Source: Podarcis bocagei
Taxonomy: Eukaryota
Assembly: GCA_964188305.1 (NCBI GenBank)
Contig: OZ076889.1
Strand: one strand, 5' to 3'
DNA length: 64,000 bases
Positions within the stretch are counted from its first letter, which is position 1; each line of letters begins with the position of its first letter. The position numbers were made by a program, and so were the translations under genes. A model generated the notes under the pieces. It saw nothing but the letters and a program-made list of their open reading frames with translations. It was not told where the DNA came from and did no database searches. This document shows positions 12,893 through 25,577 of the stretch, piece after piece.

Positions 12893-13537
12893 TTTTTCAA
12901 ACGTATATTCAGCCATTTTGGTCATCAGCGGCTCCTAAAAATGGCGTACAATTTTTTAAAAATACACATACAAGAGCAAAAACCCAAGATTAAAACATGT
13001 GAACACCTCAGTGGACAAACAATAAAACATCAGAGCAGCACCACCAAGATAAAAAAATTAGAAGGACTCAACCCCCTGTTGTATGAAAGGAAATGCTTTT
13101 GCTATCTTTCAAAAAGCCCTTGGTAAATCTGTCTGCTAAACCACCCTGGGTAATCAATTTTACAGAGTGAGTGGCACCACCAAAAAGATCCTACCCCTCA
13201 TGTCAGAAGTCTGAGGCATACGTAAAATTCATACAGAATATCATTTGATGACCTACGCAAATAGGAGGAGACAATCCCTGAGGTAACATGGAACTAGGGC
13301 TGAAAGGTTAAAAACACAACCCGGTTTTGTCTGGAAAGTAACAGGAAGCCAGAATCAGAAATAAGCTCCTGGCAGCTGGCGCTAGTTCACAGCCAAGCTG
13401 CCCCAGTACAACCACATTTCCTAAACACACTCTCTATTCAGCATTATGCATTCAGCAGTGATGGAACTTCTCACATCCACATACTCATCAAAATAGCTCA
13501 TGTCTTTAGCATCTTGGCTGAAGTCACATAACCCTTG

Positions 13538-13585
<48 letters not shown>

Positions 13586-13710
13586 TAATATTTATGTTCC
13601 ACTCATTTATGCTCCCAATGGCATCTTAAAAACACGATAAAACATCAAACATTAAAAACTTCCCTAAACAGGGTTGCCTTCAGATGTCTTCTAAAAGTCA
13701 GATAGTTGGT
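12880..13710 (-). mobile_element. Degenerate L2/CR1-type LINE 3' fragments next to microsatellite tails
   Basis: AAAACATCAAACATTAAAAACTTCCCTAAACAGGG..CTTCAGATGTCTTCTAAAAG after (AAT)n; older fragment after (TATC)n. Confidence 0.5.
13541..13582. repeat. (AAT)n microsatellite
   Basis: Direct reading. Confidence 0.97.
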
Positions 13711-14294
13711 AAAAGTTCCCTTTCAAACATACTTCAAGAACTTTAACCTGCTTATGCTTGGAGCTCTCACAACACCATCCTTCTCTTGCTCAGTAAAATG
13801 TTAGCCAGTTTTAATCCATGCTGGTGTCCAGCATTTGGCCCTCCTGAAATATCTGTGATATACATGGGCCACCTCACTCTCCTTAGAGGGGCAACGGTTC
13901 AGAACCATTATCCAAGTGCCTCAATTCCCACAGGACGATGAAAGGGACTGGGGTCCTCATTCATGTTCCCCCCTTTGTTTGTCCTCCACTGTCCTCATCT
14001 AAACACAGATCCCTTTGGGCAAATAGAAGGGATCATGCAGACCATTTGGGCACCCCGACCAGCTCCCTCAAGTCCCCAGCCTCCTCTATCAGCCCATCCC
14101 TCTGCTCAGCCTGCTCAACTTGTATGATTTCTGAGGGCACATGCCAGCGTATCCAATTTCTCGGTGCTTCACTGCCCCCCTGGCTGTGATGCTGCCAGGG
14201 AACCATGGATGGCACATTGCTTGGCTCCCTTCTGTTTTACTCCTCTTCTGCACCAAATTGTCTTCAGAAAATCCACTTGAGAAAATCCACTTAC

Positions 14295-14470
14295 AGCCAA
14301 AGCGAATGGAAGCTTCTCTGCTGACTACGGTGCCCACCGAGTTGGATGCCACACACTGGTAGGACCCAGTGTCTTTGGTTTTCACTGGGCTGCTGATCAC
14401 CAGGTTGCCCCCGTTCAACCTATAACGGGAATCTGGCTCTATTTTGATCTCTGTGCCATTCATCTTCCAC
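14295..14470 (-). CDS. CNTN2: CNTN2 exon 4 (176 nt): [58 protein letters not shown], Ig1 C-half
   Basis: ORF 14089..14463; DxGxYxC motif; ttggcag| and |gtaagt splice sites. Confidence 0.97.
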
Positions 14471-15089
14471 CTGCCAAGACAATGGTATTTGGTTGGAGTG
14501 GGGAAAGAACAGAGTCATCACAGCTGCACATTAACATTGTCCTGAATAACAACACACACTGGCATTTATGATGTACACAAAAACCCTCAATAGGACCTAT
14601 TGTAGGACAGTGGCTGAATGGTGGATGCTGTCTCAGTAGCTACAATGCCAGCCCAGTAATCAGGGGGAGAAATGGCTGCACTTTGTCGAATGCTAAAGAA
14701 AATCCAAATCTCAATGATTATTCTAAGAGCCTTTAGGCTGTGTTTTATCTCACCAGGAAGCACATCACTCACCAGGGTTGGCCTCAACATCTCTGACTGG
14801 GTTTGTTTGATACTGCTATAAATTATTTAACTTTGCTCTGCAGGCCTTCCTGCTTTCCTTATCTAGTCTTCTGAAAAATGCTCTCTCAATTTGCCCTATC
14901 CTGTTCATAGATGCTTCCAGACAGGGACCCTTCAGCAGCGCCCAACCATTGCTATTCTGCTTCCAGAGTGGAATAACAATGCTATTCCCAGACTTCTGTG
15001 AGGAGCCCCATTTTCCCCAGCCCCAAACATTTGGAAGGGACACTTTGGAAGGGACATTGAGACCATTGTGTATTGGGAAAGGGTTAAAG

Positions 15090-15218
15090 CAGGCATAGGC
15101 AAACTCGGCCCACCAGATGTGGCTCGGCCCATTATCCCTAGCTAACAGTACCAGTGGTCAGGAATGATGGGAACTGTAGTCCCAAAAACATCTGGAGGGC
15201 CGAGTTTGCCTATGCCTG
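15090..15218. mobile_element. hAT MITE with perfect 8-bp TSD
   Basis: TIR CAGGCATAGGCAAACTCGGCCC / GGGCCGAGTTTGCCTATGCCTG; TSD GGTTAAAG at 15082 and 15219. Confidence 0.9.
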
Positions 15219-15409
15219 GGTTAAAGACTCCTTTCCCCTTCATTGCACTCTGAGTCATGATTCCAAACCCCAACTACAATTGGGGCGGGGAAGAAAAATA
15301 GCCGGCGTAAAGGAAAAAGGACTTAGTGGAGTTGGAGTGGATTTATGGAGAGAAGAGACAGACCAGAGAGAGAAAATAACTATAGAGAGGGTGGGGAACC
15401 TGTTTCAGC

Positions 15410-15540
15410 CTGAGGGCTCAGTTGGCCACCTAGTCCAATCCCCTGCAATGCAGGAATCCTCCCCACAGCTGTCCCCAGGTGGCCTTGAACCACCAACCTT
15501 CCAATTAACAGCCAGACGCAGTGACCCATTGCACCACAGA
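15410..15540 (-). mobile_element. Short tRNA-headed SINE with CR1-like tail
   Basis: Minus strand: TGGTGCAATGG...GGTGGTTCAAGGCCACC...CCTGCATTGCAGGGGATTGGACTAG. Confidence 0.65.
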
Positions 15541-15850
15541 TGCACTAACAGAAGACGACTTATCTCCAATCTCGGCCCTGTGATGCTTAGTACCAAGATC
15601 AGAGATCCCTTTGCCTAATGGTTCAGAGCATATCTCCAATCTAACGATTAGATTTTAATCATGAGAAGTTAGTAGATGTGCCAACTGAGCCATTGGTCAA
15701 AGCAAGGCGAGTAATGGTAAGTCAGAAAATGACATGGAATGATTGGCAGGTGGGCAGGGCTTATTGGGACTGGCTTGGTTGGCCAGATTGAGGGATGTGT
15801 TGGGCCACATTAAGCTTTTGGACCAGAGGTCCCCCACTGATGAGTTAGAG

Positions 15851-15985
15851 CAGGCTTCCTCAAACTCAGCCCTCCAGATGTTTTTGGCCTACAACTCCCA
15901 TGATCCCTACCTAGCAGGACCAGTGGTCAGGGATGATGGGAACTGTAGTCTCAAAACATCTGGAGGGCTGAGTTTGAGAAAGCCT
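15851..15985. mobile_element. hAT MITE, palindromic, same superfamily
   Basis: CAGGCTTCCTCAAACTCAGCCCTCCAGATGTTTT / AAAACATCTGGAGGGCTGAGTTTGAGAAAGCCT; related copies at 24062-24186, 38550-38676, 63115-63249. Confidence 0.85.
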
Positions 15986-16451
15986 TAGAGCAACCTACCA
16001 GGCCAGAATAGCTGTGCAATAGGCCATTTATGTTTATTGAATTAAGCAATTATTCCACTGAGCTGAAACACCCTCAGGTTTTCTGAACTCAAAGGTGGGG
16101 AGGAAGCTGAGCAGGGAAATAATGAAACAGAGTTTAAACCAACATATTTAGTCTGCAATCCTATATTCACTTTCCAGAGAATCAGCCCCATTGAACTCTG
16201 CAGGACTTACTCTTGAGTATAGGATTGCCCTGTTTAGAATCCCATGGACATCAACTGGAGAGAGTTGGAATGCACTCTTTTCCATTTAATTCAATGGGAC
16301 AGAAAATGCTTGCCTTTGGTCCCTGAGATGAATGAGCAGGACAGCAGGGTATGTGTGAATGCAAAACAACAACAAACCACTGTCATACATTTGTGTATAT
16401 CGCAGCCATAGGCTTTCCAACAAAAACACTGCTATGATCACGTAACCTCAC

Positions 16452-16596
16452 CTATAGGTCGCAGGAGGGCTGGCTCGTGCTTGACAAACCAACAGTATTT
16501 GCTCCTCTGTTGATCCTTCTGGAAAGATGATGTTACGTGGTTGTTCTTCAAAGATTGGCCCATAGTTTCTTAGAGTACTCTCTGCTGGCTGCAACA
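16452..16596 (-). CDS. CNTN2: CNTN2 exon 3 (145 nt): [49 protein letters not shown], Ig1 N-half
   Basis: Manual translation; acceptor ttctcatgcag|, donor AG|gtgagg; not in the ORF track. Confidence 0.96.
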
Positions 16597-17371
16597 CTGC
16601 ATGAGAAGGTGAAAGAAATCTGAAATGCTCAGACTGAGTACAGAACAGAAGCAGTAGGAAACATTTAATCGAAATGACAGCTGCTGCGAACTCTCCAACT
16701 TCAGCATTCCACTAAACAGAAAGAGGTGTTGTGATGCTCAAAACCTTGCAAAACTGTATTTCAGCATCCTGCTTCCTCTGCTTTGTATTTCCTATCCTTC
16801 AGACGATCACAGCAAGCACAGGCCCTTTGCAGTGGTGGCCTCATGTCGACAGAACTCAATCTCAAAGGATGCACATAAGCTCTTTCAAAAGAGGCCTCCA
16901 ATAAGTTTTTATATTGATCTGCTTTTTGTTAAAGACACTGGGGAAAGTTTTAAATGGTTGCTGTTCTCGATGTCAAATAATGCTAAACTTCAATTTGTTT
17001 TTTCTGGATTGCTGAATTGATCTGGAGGTATTATATACTGCTCTTTAATGCAACATTTCACGTGTTTTTTATATGTTATGTGGTTGTCATGATGCTAATG
17101 ATGCTGGTTGTGTATTATCTTAAGAGGGCTTTTGTTTTGAAAGGTGGCATAAAAATTCTGAAATAAAATTAAATACTCAACTTTATTGAATATTGAACTG
17201 ACATACATTAAATCAACCATTTATAGTGATCCTAAGTTATTTACAATAACCATGTAAAAAATCCTAAAATGCTGGCCGGTTGAGGTTCTTAGTTAGAGTT
17301 GCAATATCTTCTTCTGAAGATGGGACCCATGCCTATTTGCTGAGGCAAGATGCAAGAGCTTGTCTCAGGAT

Positions 17372-17570
17372 GGACCATAGCTCAGCGACAGAACATCTGT
17401 TTCACACGCAGCAAGTCCCAGGTTTAATCCCCAGTATCTCCAGGTAGGGCCAGAAGATATTCCTACCCCAAACTCTGGAGTGCATCTGCTAGAAAGCTGA
17501 GATACACCTGAGCTAAATAGACCGATTAACAAGATGGAGCGATAATCTGACTTGGCACAAGGCACATTCA
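17372..17570 (+). mobile_element. tRNA-derived SINE (Squam3-like)
   Basis: A/B-box-like head ATAGCTCAG...GGTTTAATCCC and body CTCCAGGTAGGGC...CTGAGCTAAATAGACC; homologous to copies at 6.7, 9.3-9.6, 18.6 and 39.9 kb. Confidence 0.8.
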
Positions 17571-18578
17571 TAAATTCCAGCTGCTGACACAACATTAGAC
17601 TTGCTTCTGTGCACATCTGAATTTTCAGCTGCTAAATCAGAAAGAAGCCAGGATTACCCATGACTGAGGTATAGGATGTGAGTTGCCTTTTCATATTATA
17701 TCTGCCTTCGCTCATGTTAATTCTCCCCACCCACCAGTTTTTAGTAATCAAAATATATCACAAAAAGAAGCTGTTCATCCATCTTTGTTTCAATGTGAAC
17801 GGTTATGACAGGCATATTGCTGCGTCACAAAGCTTTGCGGCTCCTCAAAACGAAATCTATTTCAGAACCGCCCAGCTTTCAATCATCAGCAAAGCTGTAG
17901 TAGCCGGGGTGGGAAACAGAAACTCTGTGCTGCATCCCTGACTCATTGCCATTATCTTGAAAGCGCCTGTTCTGCCACTTGAAACCAATTCCCAGCCCTA
18001 GCTAGTCTGTTTCATTATGTGATGAGATTAGAGCTCTATGAAGCCAGTAGCCTGGCGGGAGGCTCCCAAGTGGTTTAGAATGGAGTTAATCGCCATCCCA
18101 CCAGTTAGTCGTCTTCTGCTTTGTTGCTATGGACAGGATGGCATTGTTTCAAACTTGCTGTTCTCACAAGCACCATATTTTATGCAACAGTGGCTTCCGA
18201 CCGGGGGAAAGACCAACAGAACAAAAGTTCAGGCTCACCAACCCCTTGACTTGGAGATCTCTTATTTTATGTCTGGGCTGTTTCAGTTTATGCACAGGAA
18301 AAGGGGGGGGGGACACACTAACCTAGTTTCAGCAGCTGCCTAGACATTAGCCAATTATACATCGCAGCCACCTCATGCAGCGCTAAGCTAAGCCAGTTAT
18401 ATTATTATGTGTAGCTAGCAGGGACCGATCCATGTTGGGCCACATCTCCCGCTTCGCTTAAGTGTTCCTTCCAGGCTTTGGGAAGAAAGGAGTTTATCCT
18501 TATGGGTTGGTCTTTCTAGAGTTGCTGCAGGGGTCACCACTTCAGAATAAAATAGTGGAAATATTATAAGATACCAGC

Positions 18579-18735
18579 ATAGGAAATGATCTTATACTGA
18601 GTTTGATCACTGGGTCTATCTAGCTTAGCAGTGTCAACACTGACTGGCCGTGTCTCTCTACCTGGAGATGCCAGGAACTGAACCTGGGACCTTTGGCACG
18701 CAGAGTAGGTGCTCTACTGAGCTGTGTGGCTTCCC
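18579..18735 (-). mobile_element. tRNA-derived SINE (Squam3-like), internally deleted
   Basis: Reverse-complement homology to 17372-17570. Confidence 0.78.
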
Positions 18736-19534
18736 TGATATAGACACTGTGGCTAACAGATTCAGCGAGGTTTGGCATACTGCGCCTTGAGAAATACGCC
18801 CGCAGTTTAAAAACGAAGCAATGGTATCTAAAACGAATCTCCTTTCTCCAGGCTGCGCTGCTCCTCACTCATCTATTTCTGTCATTTGTGAAATCTATTC
18901 CAGAAGGGGATGCTTCAAATAAGCTCACAGGAAAAGGCGGGAGAGGACATTATAGGAGGGTAAATGCCATGTGAATGCAGAACTGCTCCTATGACAAAAC
19001 AAGACTGGGAGGGGAGCCCAATTTTAAGAAGGTGGAAGTGGAAAACTGCCCCTCGGCTTATCTCCCCACAAGCAGTATTTCCCTCAGCAGAGATCCAATA
19101 CTAGAAGTAACTTCAGGAACAGGCCTTAGGGAGCAGTGCCAAATTAAACCTTGTGGGGGGCCATAGGCAGTCAAAATATCAGGGGGGAGGGGGCTCACTA
19201 TGATGTAGGTTTCTGAGTCAATGGGGATTTCTCTTCCAAATTCAAATTATTGCAAGATCAAATCAATATTATTTTGATCCGTTGTTGCAGGGCTCCTAAA
19301 AGGCATGGGGTCCATGGGTCAGTCCCTACTCTGTCTATTTGGTAATCCAGCCCTGTTAGGGAGAGGGAAAATGGTGAAACTAGCTGTGGGAAAGGGAGAC
19401 TTCTCTAATTTTCACCCACACTCCTTTTCTGTGGTTAAAATTGGATCCACCCACACCCTAGTCTTCCTATATCCTACATACGGGTGAAACCTACAGAACT
19501 GTCACCATCACGTCAAGTTTAGTCCTAAGTGTAT

Positions 19535-19752
19535 TATTATTATTATTATTTACATTTGTATACCACCTTTATATTCCAAGGATCTCAAGGTGGTGTACAT
19601 GGTTCCCCTCCTCCCCTTTTCATCCTCACAACAACCCTGTGAGGTAGGTTAGGCTAAGAGATGGTGACTGACCCATGACCACCCAGTGAGCTTCATGACC
19701 GAGTGAGGTCTCCCAGGTCACAGTCCAGCATTCTAACCATTACATCACACCG
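19535..19752 (-). mobile_element. MIR-like CORE SINE
   Basis: CCTCACAACAACCCTGTGAGGTAGG core with (TTA)n tail; same family at 35497-35670(+), 39266-39478(+), 53608-53805(+), 58600-58780(-). Confidence 0.78.
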
Positions 19753-20457
19753 TTGTCAGTTCCACATTCAATGCATATTTAAAGCACATGGCTTTCAACA
19801 AAGAGGCACCATAGTTTACCTCTCATAGAGCTACAGTTCCCAGGATTACTTGAGGGAAAGCCATGTGCTTTGTGCATGTCAGTTGTGCTTTAATTGTATG
19901 GTGTGGGTGTGACCAAACAAAAAAGGGTTTGTTGATTGTAGAGAATACATCTGCAAGTATGCCAATAATGGGCTCCCCACTACCTTTTTTCTGTGGCGGT
20001 GGGGGTACTTCCGTAACATCCAAACATCCATGCACCACTTGTGCTGAGAACAAATAACACTGGATTAATTGAAAACAACAAAAAGATAAAACAGTAATAG
20101 CGAAAGGCTCATTTGCTCCTACTTGAGCCTGGGAAGAGGTATGTTTATCCCGTCTCAGCTGGAAGTGGCTTTGTCCTTGACACTGAGGGGCAGCCGAACA
20201 ATAAGGATGCAATATTGACTTAAGGAAGGTTGTAATCTGCTAATGACATTCCAGTATCTAAAAGCAGATGTACTTAAAGCTCAGAGTCATCTGTGGGGCG
20301 GGTGGTAGCTGGGGAGGGGGGGTGGAAGGGCAGAAAGGGACAGGATTCATGGAGGGTACTCAAAACGCAATAAATAATTCATGATAATTGCAAGATATTT
20401 TGCGTTCAAAAGCCCTGTTTGTTAAACCTCAAGCTCCTGGTTCCAAATATCAGGGGA

Positions 20458-20485
<28 letters not shown>
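20458..20485. repeat. (TG)n microsatellite
   Basis: Direct reading. Confidence 0.97.
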
Positions 20486-20488
<3 letters not shown>

Positions 20489-23175
20489 AAAAAAAGAAGA
20501 CTGCAGAAGCAAAACCTGGCTAATCTCCCATTTTAATTCTGCCCAAACTCTGCCTTCCCTGGCCATGTCCTCTGCTGCCCTCGTCATATGTCTGTGCAAG
20601 GGCCGTGGAGTATAAGCTGTCAGGTATTGATCTTGGAGCATGCAAGAAGATCGGCCAAGTCTGCCCACCTGAGATTTCAATGTGTCTGGGTGAAACAACA
20701 ACATGTGATTCGAAAAGAAGGTGGGTGCCGGTGTGATGGAAGGGCAGCCTGTGTTTGCAAGACCCGCGACAGGTCCTAGGGGAGGAAATGCAGAGGCAAC
20801 GTAATATAAAATTCTCATGGCCAGTGTGTTGCCTTTTCCAGTTATCACATCTACTGTGTTGACTGGAGCATGGCTGGAGCAGCCAGGCGTGAGCTACTGG
20901 AGGACCACATCATGCCACCAGTGGCAAAGAGAGAGAAAGATTGATAGGACAGCCAGTACAAGAGACTGTGAAATCCTGTGCCATTCAGCAGTACCTTGAT
21001 GCTTAGTAAAACAAACAAACCAAAAAAACACCAGGTAATAAACAACTACCCATTGTTTGTGTGCAAACCTTTAGTTGCTCATTCTTGTATATTATCAACG
21101 CACTATAAAGGCAGAGCTGTAGAGACTGGGTGAAAAACTGGCAACCCTACCAGCAGCCTGCTTTTGGGGGAAGCAAAGCTGTAGCTCTGAGGAAGCTATA
21201 TGAAGCTCTCTTCCTCTGAAAGGAAAGGGGCGCCATCATTCATGCAGCAGCTCCATCACATTGATGTCTATCAGTTGGCTCTTTGTGGCTCAGACAGCAT
21301 TTAGTACTCATAAGCAGATCCATTTTTTGAAATATTGGATTATTCAAACCTATGTATAGCCTATGAAGTCAGAAATAACAGGCAGAATAAATTCAGCTAC
21401 TGCTCAGACTGGCTTAAAGTTCCAAGATGAACACAAAGCAGTAAATACAGAGCTTAAGACTTATGCAGCCTTACAAGGGAGTAAAGGGCCTTACTTCTGA
21501 GTAAACTCATTCGGAAGTGTGTTGTAAGATTGCACTCCTAAGCACACTGACTTGGGAGTAAGCACCATAGAATACAGTGCAGTTTACCTCTGTGTAAACA
21601 TACATAGGATTGTGCTGTATGCACCTGTCCTTTCCTGAATTTTGGCATATGAAAAGAGAAGGTAGACATGGCTTGTAAGAAAACCAGAACAGATCTAAAG
21701 AGAAGCTCTCACAATGATGGTCAAATCTTCAGCCAGTAAAACTGTGATGTTTCTGAGGCTTCTTCTTCAGAGCTATTTCTAGACTCCCTTGAACAATTAT
21801 CTTGCACTTGGTTTACCATAAAATCTTATCACTGCATTACACAAGAGCTTCAGTCCTCCCTAGCCGAAGTTTGCCAGTATTGTACAACAAAACAGAGGTG
21901 TAAAGGATTTTGTCTAAGGTTTGCAACAATGCTTTCTAAAGCTCTAAACACAGAAGAACAGGCAAGCCTATCAATTTATAGTCACTATCAATTTATAGAA
22001 CAATTCAACTCCTATTTCCTCAGCTCTGGCTGTGTGAGAGTTTGAGAGTGGGGAGGCAACTGGAGCTCCTTGTTTCACTGCCCAAGGAAAACCTAGCCAA
22101 AATATTGGTTTTCCTTTCTGAAAAGGCAGTCTTAATTTGGGATACCAAGCTCTAGATATTTTCTCAAATCTCGAAGATAAATCTTAAGCCAACACCATTT
22201 TGGGATGAAGCCATTTCTGACCGTCTTTCATCCTGGTTCCTTGTTCATGATCACAGTGAGAAATTTCCACCCATCCAGCCATCGTTATACTGATCTTTTT
22301 TGTCATATGTTAACAGCCATTAGGAAATGCTCCTGTAGGGCTTTGTAGATGACTTATTCCTTATGGTCTCTGCTTGAGCACATACAAGAAAGTCTTCTAA
22401 ATTCAGCTGGTTAACAGCAAAACCTAGCGTTGCCTTGATGTCGCCAACATATGTGGGTCAGACCAGTTTCCACACAGGCTAATTGCCTCCTGAACTAGGC
22501 CAGCCACCTTCCCAAGAGACTCAGGCAACATTAAAAGGTAATTAGATATTTATAAAGGACATCGAAGCAGCCTCTCCCCAAGATGATGAATTAGCTCCAA
22601 GTCATTATCTAATTCTCAGCCATCTGAAATGAAAAGCCTTCCCACTGAGAGATCAACCTTTTAAAGTGTAGCTGGAGACATCTAAGAAACAGCAATAGTT
22701 TGGATGGAACGGAAAATGGAGATTTGTGCATTAAGGTGAAGGATGGACTGCCGCAGCAAATGGGTCAATGATAATGGCATAGAACCAGCTCAGTGAGCAG
22801 AAGATGGTCCAGAGATGATGTTCAAATAGTAGGGGCGTGTTTTGGTTCTGTGTGTACCCCAAATTAAGAGGTGAATCGGTGTGATTCGGGGAAGGCCCCC
22901 ACATTTCTGAGGCAAAAGTGCAGCTCCTAAGGTGCATGCTAAGTTTCTGAGTTGCTCTGTGGCCTCAGCTCTCCAAAAATACACGGCTGGTTCCCTGCCT
23001 GGAGAAATAAAACGAAGCTTATTGGGGAAATGCCCAGAGCTCTAGAAGGGGATAAAGTGGAGAAGTAATGGTTGGGGAATCTTTTGCTTGATGGACAAGG
23101 CTAGCTTTTAATCAGAGTGAATTGTTTTCCCAGGGCACTCCAATCACAGTGATTTGGAGCAACAATTAAAAACTG

Positions 23176-23288
23176 CATACCCACCAACATGTCAAGGCCG
23201 AAAACTGGGACTCACATGAGGTTTTAGGGTGCTGTGCAGCCCCCCAAAACAGGGTGTCCCAATTTAATCGGGACAGTTGAGGGGTATG
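23176..23288. mobile_element. Small DNA-transposon MITE with 6-bp TSD
   Basis: TIR CATACCCACCAAC / GTTGAGGGGTATG, flanked by AAACTG on both sides. Confidence 0.7.
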
Positions 23289-23587
23289 AAACTGCATTTG
23301 TCTTTCATGTGGATCTATGCCTTCCCTGTGCAAGTCAATGGAGATATCACAAAGATCCATCATGGGGGCAGATGCCCACCCCCGGCATTGATTCTTGGGA
23401 TAACAAGATTCTTGCTTGGGGCATGAAACTTTCCCTACGCATATTTCCTGTCCCGTCCCTCCTGCCCTTCTCCCGTGCAAGACAATGCAAATATATTTCT
23501 ATCTCGCAGGGAGACAAGGTTGTATCCCCCCGCCAACTGGGGAGGATAATGGCAAAAGCCTTGCCCTCAACATTGTTCCTTGGGTAA

Positions 23588-23729
23588 NNNNNNNNNNNNN
23601 NNNNNNNNNNNNNNNNNNNNNNNNNNNNNNNNNNNNNNNNNNNNNNNNNNNNNNNNNNNNNNNNNNNNNNNNNNNNNNNNNNNNNNNNNNNNNNNNNNNN
23701 NNNNNNNNNNNNNNNNNNNNNNNNNNNNN
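23588..23729. other. Assembly gap (142 N) in CNTN2 intron 2
   Basis: Run of N. Confidence 0.99.
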
Positions 23730-24456
23730 AAGTTTGCCCTTGCAGGAGAAGCAGACATGCTTTGTAGCATGTCTACAAAGGGACGTTTTAAATGCTTGAC
23801 ATTTTACTGAGTCTTTATATTTTTGGGGAAGCTGCCCAGAGTGGGGCAACCCAGGCAGATGGGTGGGGTATAACAACAACAACAATTTCCCCCTGTGGAT
23901 TGGAACCTGGAGCACAGTTTTAAGCAAAGACAGGATAGAAACAGGTAAGAATTTTTAAAAATACACAGGCAAATTCTGGGGCCTGTGCATCCCCTATCAC
24001 ATACATTGAACATATTATAAAATGCAACATGCCTTGGTTCACTGGCTTGGTTCCCCTAATTCAGGTGGGAACCCAGTGGCTATCAAATATTGTTGGGCTC
24101 CAATTCTCACCATCCCATTGACGATCAGGGATGATGGGAGCTGGAGCCCAGCAGTATCTGAAGAACTCTCGGCTCCCCACCTCTGCCCTAAGCAGTGCAT
24201 CAAGATGTCATTATCCACTTGCACAATAAATGCGGCCGTCAAATAAACGCCACACTGCAAATATATATAAACCAAATTACATTTACACAACATATATGGT
24301 CAACGATAGAATTCATGTTAGCAGATAATTTCATGTTCTGAATTTTAGTTGAGAGTATGAACAGGATTGTTACTTCACCGGCTTTAGTCCAGTTAGTCTC
24401 CAGGCTCAGCCTAAAGCTGGTCCTGACCTTTGAGCCAAGATGGAGGAAGCTCTTAC

Positions 24457-24511
24457 CTGTAAAAGAGACGACGGCTAATGAAAAGAAGACAAGCTCCACA
24501 GATGCTCCCAT
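24457..24511 (-). CDS. CNTN2: CNTN2 exon 2 coding part: start codon and signal peptide MGASVELVFFSLAVVSFT (whole exon about 24457-24571)
   Basis: Strong Kozak ACAATGG; hydrophobic stretch; donor ACAG|gtaaga in phase 1 joins exon 3 in frame; likely acceptor gtcttacag| at 24572. Confidence 0.85.
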
Positions 24512-25317
24512 TGTAGGCTTCAGAATGTGTGCTACAGTTCAACAAACGGAACGGAGGAGGCGAGTGCAATTCTGTAAGACATGGATGAGTTTACTTGTAA
24601 CTGGTGAGCAGGATTCAGCCTCACAGAACAGAACTCAAGCTTCCCATTACCTACACTCATTTTAACTACTTAATCTTCATATCAAATGCAGTTTGAGATC
24701 TTTGTGGTTTTTAAGTTTCTGTCATATTTGATTCTGAAGAGGTGCACAGTTTTCTTTATACAAGTTTTTCTGGGACCTTTATCTAATTCCTGTGAGTTGA
24801 TTCTTTTGATGCCAGTCAGTTTCTCTGATTCAGTTCTCTTTGCCAACTTCTCTCATCTTAAACTTCAATAATAAAAAGCCAGCTGCCTCTCCAGTATCTT
24901 CTCTAGCTCCTAAGCTGATTTGTTTATATCCAGCATACAAAAAATAATGTCATCTACATGTAGATCCGCCCCGCTGTCTCCACAGACATGGGGACACCAG
25001 CACAGGTGCAAACAAACCTTGCAGAGCCAACTCCCTCACAAAGGATGGTCTGATTGCTTGCCCTGTCTTGGGAGTGTGGCCACTTGCCACACTAATAGCT
25101 GTGCCTGCCCCACTCTTCAAAAGGAAGGTGCAGGGTTGTGTGTTGCTGGTTGGACCAACATCTTAGCTTGCTCTTAGCCATTTATCCTCTTATCTCCCTG
25201 CTGAACCTTGTAACCTGTAGTTTGCCTTATGTACTGATCTGATCTGAGCATTAAAGCTTTGGGAAGACGTATAGAGCTGTTCAGTTCAGTTCTTCATTTG
25301 GCAGTATGGGCAAGGAC

Positions 25318-25577
25318 CAGGGACAGCCCACCCATGAGAAGGACTGAGGCAGCTGCCTCAGGTGGTGAAAACACATGAGGTGGCACCCCTCTGGTTGCCC
25401 CGCCACTTCTACCACTGGCAGAGAGGTGGTGCCATTTTCTGGCTTCTCACAAGATCTTGCCAGAACCGACTGGTGCCACTTTGCAGGCACTAGGTAAGGG
25501 ATGCTTCTGTGGGGATGGCGCAGCAGCGGCACTTTCCCAATGTGCCTCAGGTGACAAAATGGGATGTGCCACCCCTG
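25318..25577. mobile_element. hAT-type MITE
   Basis: CAGGG...CCCTG termini; TSD GCAAGGAC/GCTAGGAC (7/8); related inverted copy at about 52800-52975. Confidence 0.7.

Noticed and set aside
17372-17445. tRNA-like sequence (also at 9510-9578, 18665-18735, 41705-41790)
   Set aside because: Degenerate SINE heads continuing into SINE bodies; no complete cloverleaf.
23416-23927. ORFs spanning the N run
   Set aside because: Artefacts of translating the assembly gap.
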